Positions 1 to 8,952 of a stretch of DNA of 32,000 nucleotides are shown here, piece after piece. This DNA comes from Candidatus Saccharimonadota bacterium. GTDB lineage: Bacteria > Pseudomonadota > Alphaproteobacteria > CAJXXZ01 > 1604HC. The number at the start of each line of letters is the position of its first letter. Positions within the stretch are counted from its first letter, which is position 1. The position numbers and the translations under genes are program-made. The stretch is taken from contig NZ_CP043316.1 of the NCBI RefSeq assembly GCF_008189405.1, positions 480,001 to 512,000 on the forward strand. Direction: 5' to 3'. The notes under the pieces are model-generated. The model had not been told where the DNA came from. It searched no databases and saw only the letters and a program-made list of their open reading frames with translations.

Positions 1-130
1 ACAAATTTATAATAAAAACTGTTTTCCATATAAGTAAGAACTAAAATTATATTGATGAATTTAATAGATTTCTTAATTCATTACAATGCTTATGAATCAT
101 ATGACTTATTTTAATTAATCATAATGCTAC

Positions 131-391
131 CTATTTTTGTGAAAAATACTTCATCCATAAGCTACTGGTGAGTGGAATAGTAATGAATGAAATAAACAGG
201 AGAATAATATTCATAAAATGCAGATCTGATAAAAGATAAAACCAAAAAGCGACCCAACCAAATGTTCCTGCATGCAACAATTTGCGTCCATTCCATTTAA
301 CCATGGTATATAATAAAAATAACACATTTATATAACTCAAACTGAGAAAAACTTTTGACAACATGCTATATTTTGACAGGTTTAAATACAA
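131..391 (-). CDS. Hypothetical small membrane protein (86 aa), possibly a remnant
   Basis: Open frame with 2-3 hydrophobic segments. It sits in a locally GC-richer patch (around 240-300) inside an otherwise very AT-rich spacer. I recognise no family. Confidence 0.3.
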   Translation of the reverse strand: MYLNLSKYSMLSKVFLSLSYINVLFLLYTMVKWNGRKLLHAGTFGWVAFWFYLLSDLHFMNIILLFISFITIPLTSSLWMKYFSQK

Positions 392-921
392 TTTACAAAT
401 TGCAATTGATTAAACGCATATATTAATCTCAAATCAAATCCAAATCTCAGTTGAAGTTTATATTTAAAAAACCACGTCTTAATCGTAAATTATAATACAT
501 ATATAAATATGGTGAAATATATAATTCCAAAAAATGCTATAAAGAAACAGTATCTAATGATAAACAACCTATATTATATACTTTAATGACCTATATTGTA
601 TATTATTGCATATACTAGAAATATATTTGTAAAGTAATTCATAAATATTATATATCAACCTGTGAATCATCATATATAAACAAATAATATATATAAGCTA
701 ATAAGTATATTTGCTTTCTAAGATCATAAACCGTCAATACTACACCAATATTATGCATATTAATAAGTTGCCTATATATCATTTTTCTATATAAAACCAA
801 ATGCTTCTGGGGAAATTTAATAAATAAATATAATTTTATTGTAAATTTTAATTGAACTGCAGAAAATACATGGTTTTCAGAATTACCTATAAACCATTTG
901 AATATTTAAATCATTTAAGCA

Positions 922-3240
922 TTATTTAATAGAAATATTATCTAAGTAATTTAAATGTCCGAATTTTCCAATTGTGGCTTTAATAAAATCACCAACTTGT
1001 ATATCTGACTTATTATCCCACGAAACATTTTTTTCTTTTCCGTCGAATGTCAAAATACGTAATTTATCTTTATGAATATGGATTATTTTAACAAATGCAA
1101 CTTTGTTCTTACCTTTCATAATTTCAAATACACGAATCAAAGCTTGGTTGATATTACTTTTTTCACCTTGAATCAGAATAGTATTATCTTTTTTATCAAT
1201 ATCAATACGAACGTTTAATGATTCAATATCATTGATTACAGCACCTTTTCTTCCAATAAGAGATGGAATCATATCAGGCTCAATCGATAATTTTACTTGG
1301 CCTTCATTGCCATATTGAGCTCCACTATCTTTCTCTTTAATCATATCATGTTCTGCATTTGGTGAGCTTTTTGATTTCTTCACCTTAATATCTTGATCAT
1401 TTTGTGTCTTATTACGACTCTTTCTATCAGATTGTGGTTTGCTTTCAATTTTATTGCTTTGATTTTCAGCTTTATTATTCTGACCTTCAACTTTATTGCT
1501 TTGTTTATCAATTTTATTATGCTGTCTTTTTACATTTTCATCAGAATATTCAGCTTTAGTGTATTTTTTGGCATTTTCATCATTTGTAGCATTTTCATCA
1601 CTCATTACACTAGTAGGTGCATTTCGTTTTCTTGCATGATCAGGTTTTGCCTGCTTTTCTACATTATCATTAAATTTACTCTGCTTCTTTACATCTTCGT
1701 CAGATTTACTAATGAATTTTGCAGGATACATATTAATAATATTTTTCACACCTTGCATACCAAATTGCATTGCTTCATCAAAAACATTCATAGGAATCCA
1801 AGGTACTTTAATATCCATCTGGATAGATGTAATTCCATTTTGGGTACCAGAAATCTTGAAATCCATATCTCCCCAAGCATCTTCCTGCGCATTAATATCC
1901 ATTAATAAATAATGTCTATATCCTTCTAAAATCAAACCAACAGATATACCAGCAACTGGCTCAATTTTCATGTCAGCATCACGCATAGCCAAGTATGAGG
2001 CACATACACTAGCCATTGATGAAGATCCATCAGAGCTCATTACATCAGCAACAACTCTAAGCATTCTCTTATTATCTAGTAAAGGCTTAATAGACCTTTT
2101 CGCTAAATTACCATGACCTATATCTCGCCTAGCCACAGCAATTTTTCTAATATCACCACATGAATATGGATCAAATATATAATGGAATATAAATTTATCT
2201 TTATAAGTTCCATCTAATGTTTCAACAATTTGAGAATCTTCAGGATTACCGAATGTTACAGATGATAATACTTGAGTCTTTTCCTTAGAATATAAACCAC
2301 TTCCATTTGCAGAATTTAAAATTCCTGAATCAAATTTCATGGATCTTAAATCAGATAGTGATCTACCATCAAAACGATTTCCAGACCAAACAATAGCATT
2401 TCTAGCAACTGCACGTACGATTTGATTCCATTTATTATGCCCTTCATCCTTATTACTCCATTGTGATAAGAAATCATTTTTCAAATCAGAAATATCATTG
2501 TTTTTCTGCAATCTTTCTAAAATCAATTGTGTATCAACAGAGATATTTTGACTATCCACTACAGGTGAAGCTTTTATTTCATTTCGCCTGTCATATACAA
2601 ATGAATTAGCAAGCTCTAAAATTGAATTTGTTTCTTCAATTGAAGAATTAATACCTTCAGATACTGCTATACGTTTAATTGGATCCCCATAAGAATCAAC
2701 CATTACTAATCCTTGTGATGTTCTAGCAAAAGTAATAGTATGCTTCCTATCTTTAGTTGTTCCAAAATTCCACTTCTCACCATTAAAGCTCATTTTATAT
2801 GCACACATTGGAACACAAGGCACACCTGCCATTTGTAAAGCAATGGAACTTCCTATTATAGATAACATGTCATTGTAATACTGATTATCATAATCTAAGA
2901 CTGTACAAATTACCTGCACATTATATTTATATGATTGATTAATTGAAGGTCTTAAAGCTCTATCTATCATTCTAGAAATCAAAGCTTCTTTATCTTTTTT
3001 TCCTTCACGCTTCAAAAATCCACCAGGAATTTTACCAGCAGCATAAGCTCTTTCTTGATATATAACCTGTAATGGCAAATAAGATTTGTTCTCCCAATCT
3101 CCTATACATACTGTACATAAAATTGATGTGTTTCCATGCTTAATCAAGACAGATGCATCACAATTAGCAGTAATAATATCATCTCTTAATGATATTTCTG
3201 CTCCACCTATAATACACTTCTTTAAATTTTTTTTTGACAT
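922..3240 (-). CDS. pnp: Polynucleotide phosphorylase (PNPase) with a large low-complexity insertion before the KH domain
   Basis: Two RNase PH-like domains are present (FLKREGKKDKEALISRMIDRALRP; GSSSMASVCASYLAMRDA). The KH GxxG motif is LIGRKGAVIN, followed by a short divergent S1-like C-terminus. The gene lies directly downstream of rpsO, as in the canonical operon. Confidence 0.95.
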   Translation of the reverse strand: MSKKNLKKCIIGGAEISLRDDIITANCDASVLIKHGNTSILCTVCIGDWENKSYLPLQVIYQERAYAAGKIPGGFLKREGKKDKEALISRMIDRALRPSINQSYKYNVQVICTVLDYDNQYYNDMLSIIGSSIALQMAGVPCVPMCAYKMSFNGEKWNFGTTKDRKHTITFARTSQGLVMVDSYGDPIKRIAVSEGINSSIEETNSILELANSFVYDRRNEIKASPVVDSQNISVDTQLILERLQKNNDISDLKNDFLSQWSNKDEGHNKWNQIVRAVARNAIVWSGNRFDGRSLSDLRSMKFDSGILNSANGSGLYSKEKTQVLSSVTFGNPEDSQIVETLDGTYKDKFIFHYIFDPYSCGDIRKIAVARRDIGHGNLAKRSIKPLLDNKRMLRVVADVMSSDGSSSMASVCASYLAMRDADMKIEPVAGISVGLILEGYRHYLLMDINAQEDAWGDMDFKISGTQNGITSIQMDIKVPWIPMNVFDEAMQFGMQGVKNIINMYPAKFISKSDEDVKKQSKFNDNVEKQAKPDHARKRNAPTSVMSDENATNDENAKKYTKAEYSDENVKRQHNKIDKQSNKVEGQNNKAENQSNKIESKPQSDRKSRNKTQNDQDIKVKKSKSSPNAEHDMIKEKDSGAQYGNEGQVKLSIEPDMIPSLIGRKGAVINDIESLNVRIDIDKKDNTILIQGEKSNINQALIRVFEIMKGKNKVAFVKIIHIHKDKLRILTFDGKEKNVSWDNKSDIQVGDFIKATIGKFGHLNYLDNISIK

Positions 3241-3243
3241 ATA

Positions 3244-3513
3244 TTAGTTACGTAACCCAAGCTTTTTGTTCAATTCAATCAATTGATCCGCATCTTGAGA
3301 TTTCAAATATTTTTGTAATTTTTTTCTTCTCTCAACAAGCATTTTCAATCTTCTTTGAACTGGAACATCTTTTTTGTGTGTTTGAAGATGATCACTCATC
3401 TCTTCTATTCTTAATGTTAAAAGCGCAATTTGTACAGAAGTAGATCCGGGATTTTTCCCACCATTACCAAAATTCTCTAATACGTCTTGCTTACTTCCTA
3501 AATTTTTATTCAA
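3244..3513 (-). CDS. rpsO: 30S ribosomal protein S15
   Basis: GSTSVQIALLT...HKKD...RRKKLQKYL...LGLRN matches S15. The maximal ORF starts at a GTG at 3537 with no SD. The TTG at 3513 has AAGGAG 6 nt upstream and gives the canonical 89 aa, so I prefer it. Confidence 0.9.
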   Translation of the reverse strand: MNKNLGSKQDVLENFGNGGKNPGSTSVQIALLTLRIEEMSDHLQTHKKDVPVQRRLKMLVERRKKLQKYLKSQDADQLIELNKKLGLRN

Positions 3514-3529
3514 GTTCTTCTCCTTAAAA

Positions 3530-4468
3530 TCAACCACATTTTAACATACGTTTCACTGAAAGTATACCCTCTGTAATATCAAATATTCCCATTACTTTAC
3601 CATTATATAAACCAATGAAAACACCATTATTACTATTTATTACGACTGATCTTCCATGTTTTAAATAATCATATTGATCTGCAGTAATATTGATCATATT
3701 ATCCCATTTTATACTTTCCAATTTGATTAGATCATTTTCTGATATATCATTTATGCTATTTAGGCTTTTAGAATCAATATTCATGCTACTTTCAGAATCA
3801 ATATTTATTCCCTTAGTTTTATTTTTGATTTTTTGAAAATCAATGCTTATATGCTTAGAGTCAGCAATGTCAAATTTCCAGTATTTGACCCTAGTTAATT
3901 TAGTGACGTAGCATATACTATTTACATATTCAGCAATATCTACAGCAAGAGATCTTATATAAGTGCCAGAACTACATTTTGCTCTAAATGTTACAAATGG
4001 TGCATCATATTTTTCCAAACTCAATGCATATATATGTCGTTTTTTAGCTTGCAATTCGAAATCAATATTGTCTCTAGCTAAATCATATGCTCTTTTTCCA
4101 CCCACTTTACATGCAGAGAATTTAGGTGGAACTTGCAGAATTTCACCAGTAAATTTTGGAATTGCACTCAGCAAATCTTTTTTAGATGGCATGTATTCAT
4201 TAGTTTCTATTATTTCACCTGCTTGATCATACGAATCAGTTTTCTTGCCAAACTCTACTGTAAATTCATATTCTTTATATTGATCGTGTAAGATTGGAAC
4301 AAATTTTGTCGCTTCTCCAACTAATATAGGAATAACTCCATCTGCCATTGGATCCAATGTGCCAGCATGACCAACTTTTTTAATATTAAACCTTCGCTTT
4401 ATTTTTCTGATCACATCCATAGATGTTAGGTTGATCGGTTTGTTTATAATAAAAATACCAGATTCCAT
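3530..4468 (-). CDS. truB: tRNA pseudouridine-55 synthase
   Basis: N-terminal GIFIINKP...TSMDV and the catalytic-Asp motif GHAGTLDPMADGV are present. A C-terminal PUA-like region follows. The gene lies upstream of rpsO-pnp. Confidence 0.93.
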   Translation of the reverse strand: MESGIFIINKPINLTSMDVIRKIKRRFNIKKVGHAGTLDPMADGVIPILVGEATKFVPILHDQYKEYEFTVEFGKKTDSYDQAGEIIETNEYMPSKKDLLSAIPKFTGEILQVPPKFSACKVGGKRAYDLARDNIDFELQAKKRHIYALSLEKYDAPFVTFRAKCSSGTYIRSLAVDIAEYVNSICYVTKLTRVKYWKFDIADSKHISIDFQKIKNKTKGINIDSESSMNIDSKSLNSINDISENDLIKLESIKWDNMINITADQYDYLKHGRSVVINSNNGVFIGLYNGKVMGIFDITEGILSVKRMLKCG

Positions 4469-4550
4469 ATTAATTTATGACCTTTAAAATTACTCTGCAA
4501 ATCACTTAATTATCCTATTAAGCACAGACCAATTACATTTTTTGTTATTA

Positions 4551-5816
4551 TCAATCATATTTCTTAAATAATAATGATGTATTTGTTCCACCAAATCCAA
4601 AAGAATTTGATATAGCATAATCAAATGTATGGCTTTGGAATTCTGGCACAAAGTTTATGTTCGCTATTTCTGGAATAGGGTTATTCACATTAATTGTGGG
4701 GGGTAAGGTTTGATTGCGTAATGCCATCAGCGTATATATAGCCTCCACTCCTCCTGCAGCACCTAATAAATGACCTGTATAAGATTTAGTAGAGGATACA
4801 GCGAATTTATCAGAATATACATGCTCTCCAAAAACAGATTTAATTGCATCAATTTCACATTTATCTCCAACTGGAGTAGAAGTTGCATGAGCATTAACAT
4901 ATCCTATATCAGAAGGATTTAACCCAGCTTCCTTGATTGCAAAAGACATTGCTCGTGCTGATTGTTCTCCACTTGGAGTTGTAATATGACTAGCGTCACA
5001 TGTCATTCCATATGATGCCAATTCTCCATATATTATAGCATTTCTAGAAATAGCAGATTCCAAAGATTCCAAAACTAAGATACCAGCACCTTCAGCAATT
5101 ACAAATCCATCATGATCATTGTCAAAAGGGCGAGATGCAACTTCTGGATTATTATTGTAATTAGTCGAAAGAGCTCTCAACGCAGCAAATCCAGCCACGC
5201 CTAATGGACAGATAGAAGCTTCAGCTCCACCTGCAATCATAATATCAGCATGACCTGACTTGATAAGCATTGCAGCATCAGCAATCGCATTAGAAGCTGA
5301 TGCACAAGCACTAGAAGCTCCATAGTTTGGTCCTTTGCATTCAAATTTAATAGCAACGTATCCTGGCGCAAGGTTAGTCAAAACAGATGGAATAAAAAAT
5401 GGACTAATCTTACGAGATCCAAACTCTTCTTTTTGCTTCTCAAATGCATTGCATGTTTCACAAATTTCTGGCAAACCACCAATTCCTGAAGCAACACAAA
5501 CACCAATTCTGGTTCGATCTTCAATATCACCTAGTTTTGCCATTTTATTTGCTTCTGCTGCAGCTGCAACTGCATATGATATAAACTTACCATTCCTACG
5601 CTGCTCAGATTTGCTCATAAAATCATCTATATTAAATTCACCAGCATTTGTTCCTCTTGGAACTAACCCAGCAATTTGAGAAGGTATTTTATCGTATTCA
5701 TCGCCTAATTTAGATATTCCACTTTTTTTAGATTTTATTCTATTCCAATTATGGTCTACACCAACCCCAAGAGGAGAAACAATTCCTAATCCTGTAATAA
5801 CTACTCTATCCTTCAT
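4551..5816 (-). CDS. fabF: 3-oxoacyl-ACP synthase II
   Basis: The protein starts MKDRVVITGLGIVSPLG. The active-site Cys context is ACASASNAI, and the His motifs are HATSTPVGD and GHLLGAAG. The C-terminus is NSFGFGGTN. The start at 5816 has AAGGAG 7 nt upstream. The 13 extra ORF codons up to 5855 are unlikely to be translated. Confidence 0.95.
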   Translation of the reverse strand: MKDRVVITGLGIVSPLGVGVDHNWNRIKSKKSGISKLGDEYDKIPSQIAGLVPRGTNAGEFNIDDFMSKSEQRRNGKFISYAVAAAAEANKMAKLGDIEDRTRIGVCVASGIGGLPEICETCNAFEKQKEEFGSRKISPFFIPSVLTNLAPGYVAIKFECKGPNYGASSACASASNAIADAAMLIKSGHADIMIAGGAEASICPLGVAGFAALRALSTNYNNNPEVASRPFDNDHDGFVIAEGAGILVLESLESAISRNAIIYGELASYGMTCDASHITTPSGEQSARAMSFAIKEAGLNPSDIGYVNAHATSTPVGDKCEIDAIKSVFGEHVYSDKFAVSSTKSYTGHLLGAAGGVEAIYTLMALRNQTLPPTINVNNPIPEIANINFVPEFQSHTFDYAISNSFGFGGTNTSLLFKKYD

Positions 5817-5913
5817 AAATAATCTCCTTATGATTTTGAAATATTGCCTATGCACTATTCCATATTAAGCTTTATAAAACGATTTATAAAACATTCATTT
5901 ATTAGCAATATGC

Positions 5914-6147
5914 TTATTTTGCATTAGTAATAAAATTAACTATTTCACCAATAGTTTTAAATTCTGCAGCTGCATCATCACTAATTTGAATTGAAAACTC
6001 ACTTTCAACTTCCATTACCATCTCAACTGTATCCAAACTATCTAATCCTAAGTCCTTCAATTCAGTTCCATCATCAAATGCAACATCTTCTTTTTTGCTA
6101 AAATTCTTTAAAATCTTAATAACTCTTTCTTTTATACTTTGATTCAT
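5914..6147 (-). CDS. acpP: Acyl carrier protein
   Basis: 77 aa with the phosphopantetheine attachment motif LGLDSLDTVEMVMEVE. An AAGGGAG SD lies upstream. The gene is immediately upstream of fabF. Confidence 0.93.
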   Translation of the reverse strand: MNQSIKERVIKILKNFSKKEDVAFDDGTELKDLGLDSLDTVEMVMEVESEFSIQISDDAAAEFKTIGEIVNFITNAK

Positions 6148-6363
6148 ATTTAATTCACTCCCTTAAAAAACATTTTTTACCATATAAACAATCAAAAATC
6201 TATAGAAACGAAATTTTATCAACATCTTACCGACATAAACACTACTGTATTGTAGATATAAAACCCATAGAATGTATTTATCAAATAAATATCAATAGTT
6301 AGCGTATGAAGTATCAATTAATTATTATTATCAATATCAATCTGTTGTTTTAGCTGCCACTAC

Positions 6364-6387
6364 TTAATGTTTTAATGTTTTAATGTT
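6364..6387. repeat. 8-bp microsatellite (ttaatgtt) x3
   Basis: Perfect tandem triplication read directly in the spacer between the PurC-like gene and acpP. Confidence 0.8.
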
Positions 6388-6506
6388 TTTTATCAAATCA
6401 ACTCACTTCACAAAACAGTTAATTAAGTTAAGAAGCATTACAATTTATTACTTAATCAGTTTTTATGGGCTTTGATTGTTCAATATTATGTGATTATTGT
6501 ATAATT

Positions 6507-7163
6507 TTATGACTTTGCCATATTTTTCATCACACTATACACTTCGTCTTTTTGCATTTGTCCCATAACATCAACACTCCAGAAGTTACATGTTTCAGGA
6601 GAAATCTCATCAATTAATGCAATTTTATTATCAATCTTACCAAATTCAAGCGAAATATCTCCTAATCTCATTTTATGACAGTAAAAATATGCTTGTAATA
6701 TATCATTAGCTCTAGATGTAATGTATTGTATCTCTTCTATTTGGGTTTTTTCTAGCCAGTTAAAATGCTTAATATGCTCTAAAGATACTATAGGATCATT
6801 TAATTCTTTAGATTTAAAATGCCACTCTATAAGTGGTTTATCAAAATATGTGCCTTCTTCAATTCCAATTCTTTGATGCATTTCTCTTGGAACTATATTA
6901 TATATTTTAGCAAATACAGGATATGTTTCAGCTGCTTTGATTAATTGTTCACGTAAATTCAATTTTTGTATAAAATGATTTTTAATTCCCATTCCTGACA
7001 AATATTTCCATATCATTGATGAAGAATGATTTCTCCATACATCATTTTGTAATTTTTGTGGATAATGCATAATCAAAGTATCTTTGCCAGCTCCATATAT
7101 TTGCTTAGTAGTGCCAGAATATAGCAATTTTCTCTTACCTAAATTATTACTATCAACAAACAT
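6507..7163 (-). CDS. PurC-like (SAICAR synthetase family) protein, divergent
   Basis: LLYSGTTKQIY, RIGIEEG, DISLEFG and LIDEISPETCNFW align with conserved PurC blocks (LYxGKAKxxY, RLGIEEG, DFKLEFG, DEISPDxxRLW). The preferred start is the ATG at 7163, with GGAAG 5 nt upstream. The ORF extends to 7214. Confidence 0.72.
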   Translation of the reverse strand: MFVDSNNLGKRKLLYSGTTKQIYGAGKDTLIMHYPQKLQNDVWRNHSSSMIWKYLSGMGIKNHFIQKLNLREQLIKAAETYPVFAKIYNIVPREMHQRIGIEEGTYFDKPLIEWHFKSKELNDPIVSLEHIKHFNWLEKTQIEEIQYITSRANDILQAYFYCHKMRLGDISLEFGKIDNKIALIDEISPETCNFWSVDVMGQMQKDEVYSVMKNMAKS

Positions 7164-7761
7164 TCGAACTTCCAAATCGCATGCCATCAGATTCTTCAAT
7201 CTCTTGCAATACACTATCTATATTTTTCACACCTTCCCACTTTTTTACTAATAATATTGTAGGTAATGCTTCATGACCTAAAGAAGAACACATTTTTCTA
7301 GTTTCTTTCATCAAAACAGACACCTTTGAATACACTCTCTCTAAATCTATACTCTCCAATTTATTGCATATTTGAATCAAATTTTGCGCAGAAAGCATAA
7401 TATCTTCTTCATTAAGCCACATTTTTTGTGTTTTGAATATATGCTTTCTCATTTTATTCGGATTTTTTGCATGAAGAATTATTGAACTACCCATAGCATC
7501 AACTAAATTACTTGATATATCAACATTCTTTATATTAAGCTTTTTCTTATTTTGTAGTTTATCTATTTTTTCATAGAACTTCGCACAATATCTACAAGAT
7601 GGAGAAGAATATACAATTAAATTATTCTTATCACATTGAATGAATGGCATTTGATCTTGTATAGGATTAAAGCTTATACAAAACATTTCTGCAAATAATA
7701 GTGCAGTTACAGCTCCAGAGAAAAAACCTATAATGTGTGAAAAAGTCATATTTAATTTCAT
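7153..7761 (-). CDS. Membrane-anchored DsbA-like thiol:disulfide oxidoreductase
   Basis: An N-terminal TM helix is followed by a thioredoxin-fold CxxC (SSPSCRYCAKF). A cis-Pro-type loop (EALPTILLV) lies near the C-terminus. Confidence 0.7.
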   Translation of the reverse strand: MKLNMTFSHIIGFFSGAVTALLFAEMFCISFNPIQDQMPFIQCDKNNLIVYSSPSCRYCAKFYEKIDKLQNKKKLNIKNVDISSNLVDAMGSSIILHAKNPNKMRKHIFKTQKMWLNEEDIMLSAQNLIQICNKLESIDLERVYSKVSVLMKETRKMCSSLGHEALPTILLVKKWEGVKNIDSVLQEIEESDGMRFGSSNVC

Positions 7762-7929
7762 TATCCGCTATTATGTTGCATCACAATAAATTAATCTAGA
7801 TTATATTGCAAGAAACTATGATAAATCTACTATTATTAATAAAGAACCCATAAAGTAAAAAGAGAATAATTTGCATTGCACAATTTTAAATCAATTTTCT
7901 TTCATTTAACATGATTATTGCTTCAATTA

Positions 7930-8814
7930 TCAACCAAAATTACTATATTCAAAAATCAAAATTTCTGGATGACCAGATTTATGCCATTTATAATGAGTTT
8001 TAAAACACTCTTCATATGATTGCATTAAATATTTTGGAACTTCGCATAAAAAAACACCATTTTCCGCAAGTGGTAATTTATTTGTAATGCGTGTTGGTTC
8101 ATCATGGAAAACAGCAACAATTGGGTCAAATTTAGTTGCATAATCTATTTCTGTATTTACATAAGGAGGATTTGAAACTATCAAATCGAAAGTACGTCCT
8201 GCTAACACGTTATTTTCATACGCTGCAAAATAGTGATTACTACCATCTATATAATTATCACTTATACTGTTCATACTTACTTCTTCAGACTCTCCAAATC
8301 TCTGCAAAACAAAATCACAATTTGAGATTTTAAGATTTTCTGCATTTTGCTTCGCAGTATCTAAAACAAAAGTAGAAATATCAACACCGATACCATACGC
8401 ATCTTTATGTTCTTTCAATAAACTAAGCAATATACACCCTGTGCCAGTACCAATATCTAATATGGTTTTTGGCTTAAATACAGTTTCTGATTTATAGTTC
8501 ATAGAAATTTCAATGATTGCTTCTGTTTCTGGTCGTGGTTCCAATGTATATGGAGATACAAAAAATTCATCTTTCCAAAAAAACCTCTTTTTCATAATAC
8601 GATGCAATGGAATTTTATACTTTAATTTATCTAACAAATTCAAACATTTTTCTAACTCATATCTTGGCAATGGTTTGTCTTTATTAATCCAAGCATCAGT
8701 ATGGTTTTTACCTAAAAAGCTGACTATTACATACCAAGACTTCTGCCTTGCATCTTCATCAAAATAATTGATAGCCATATCCCAAATATCACTTAATGAA
8801 TATTCTTCACACAT
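7930..8814 (-). CDS. prmC: Peptide chain release factor N5-glutamine methyltransferase
   Basis: FVSPYTLEPRPETE, the SAM-binding motif ILDIGTGTGCILLSL and the catalytic IVSNPPY are present. The start at the ATG at 8814 gives 294 aa. The 51 upstream ORF codons have no PrmC counterpart and would overlap the divergent permease. Confidence 0.85.
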   Translation of the reverse strand: MCEEYSLSDIWDMAINYFDEDARQKSWYVIVSFLGKNHTDAWINKDKPLPRYELEKCLNLLDKLKYKIPLHRIMKKRFFWKDEFFVSPYTLEPRPETEAIIEISMNYKSETVFKPKTILDIGTGTGCILLSLLKEHKDAYGIGVDISTFVLDTAKQNAENLKISNCDFVLQRFGESEEVSMNSISDNYIDGSNHYFAAYENNVLAGRTFDLIVSNPPYVNTEIDYATKFDPIVAVFHDEPTRITNKLPLAENGVFLCEVPKYLMQSYEECFKTHYKWHKSGHPEILIFEYSNFG

Positions 8815-8952
8815 AATAAAACGATATAATAATTGTGAAAAAAAATTAAGACTTATAGAAAAGATAATGTTAAAATCGTCAATATTTATGTATAGCTTTG
8901 TTTGTCTTTTCGTGTATTTTGTAATATTATCTGTACTTAGGAGATTGAATAA

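Noticed and set aside
1393-1912. Plus-strand ORFs of 170 aa and 66 aa inside pnp
   Set aside because: They lie antisense to a well-supported PNPase gene. Their Phe/Ile/Leu-rich low-complexity translations are what the complement of a Lys/Asn/Glu-rich coding region produces. They are shadow ORFs.
5817-5855. N-terminal ORF extensions of fabF, and similarly of rplI (17324-17416), rplM (29303-29410), prmC (8815-8967), the PurC-like gene (7164-7214) and mucR (26121-26147)
   Set aside because: The extensions have no counterpart in the protein families. Several start at non-ATG codons, and some downstream ATG/TTG starts have good SD sequences. They are artefacts of maximal-ORF calling.
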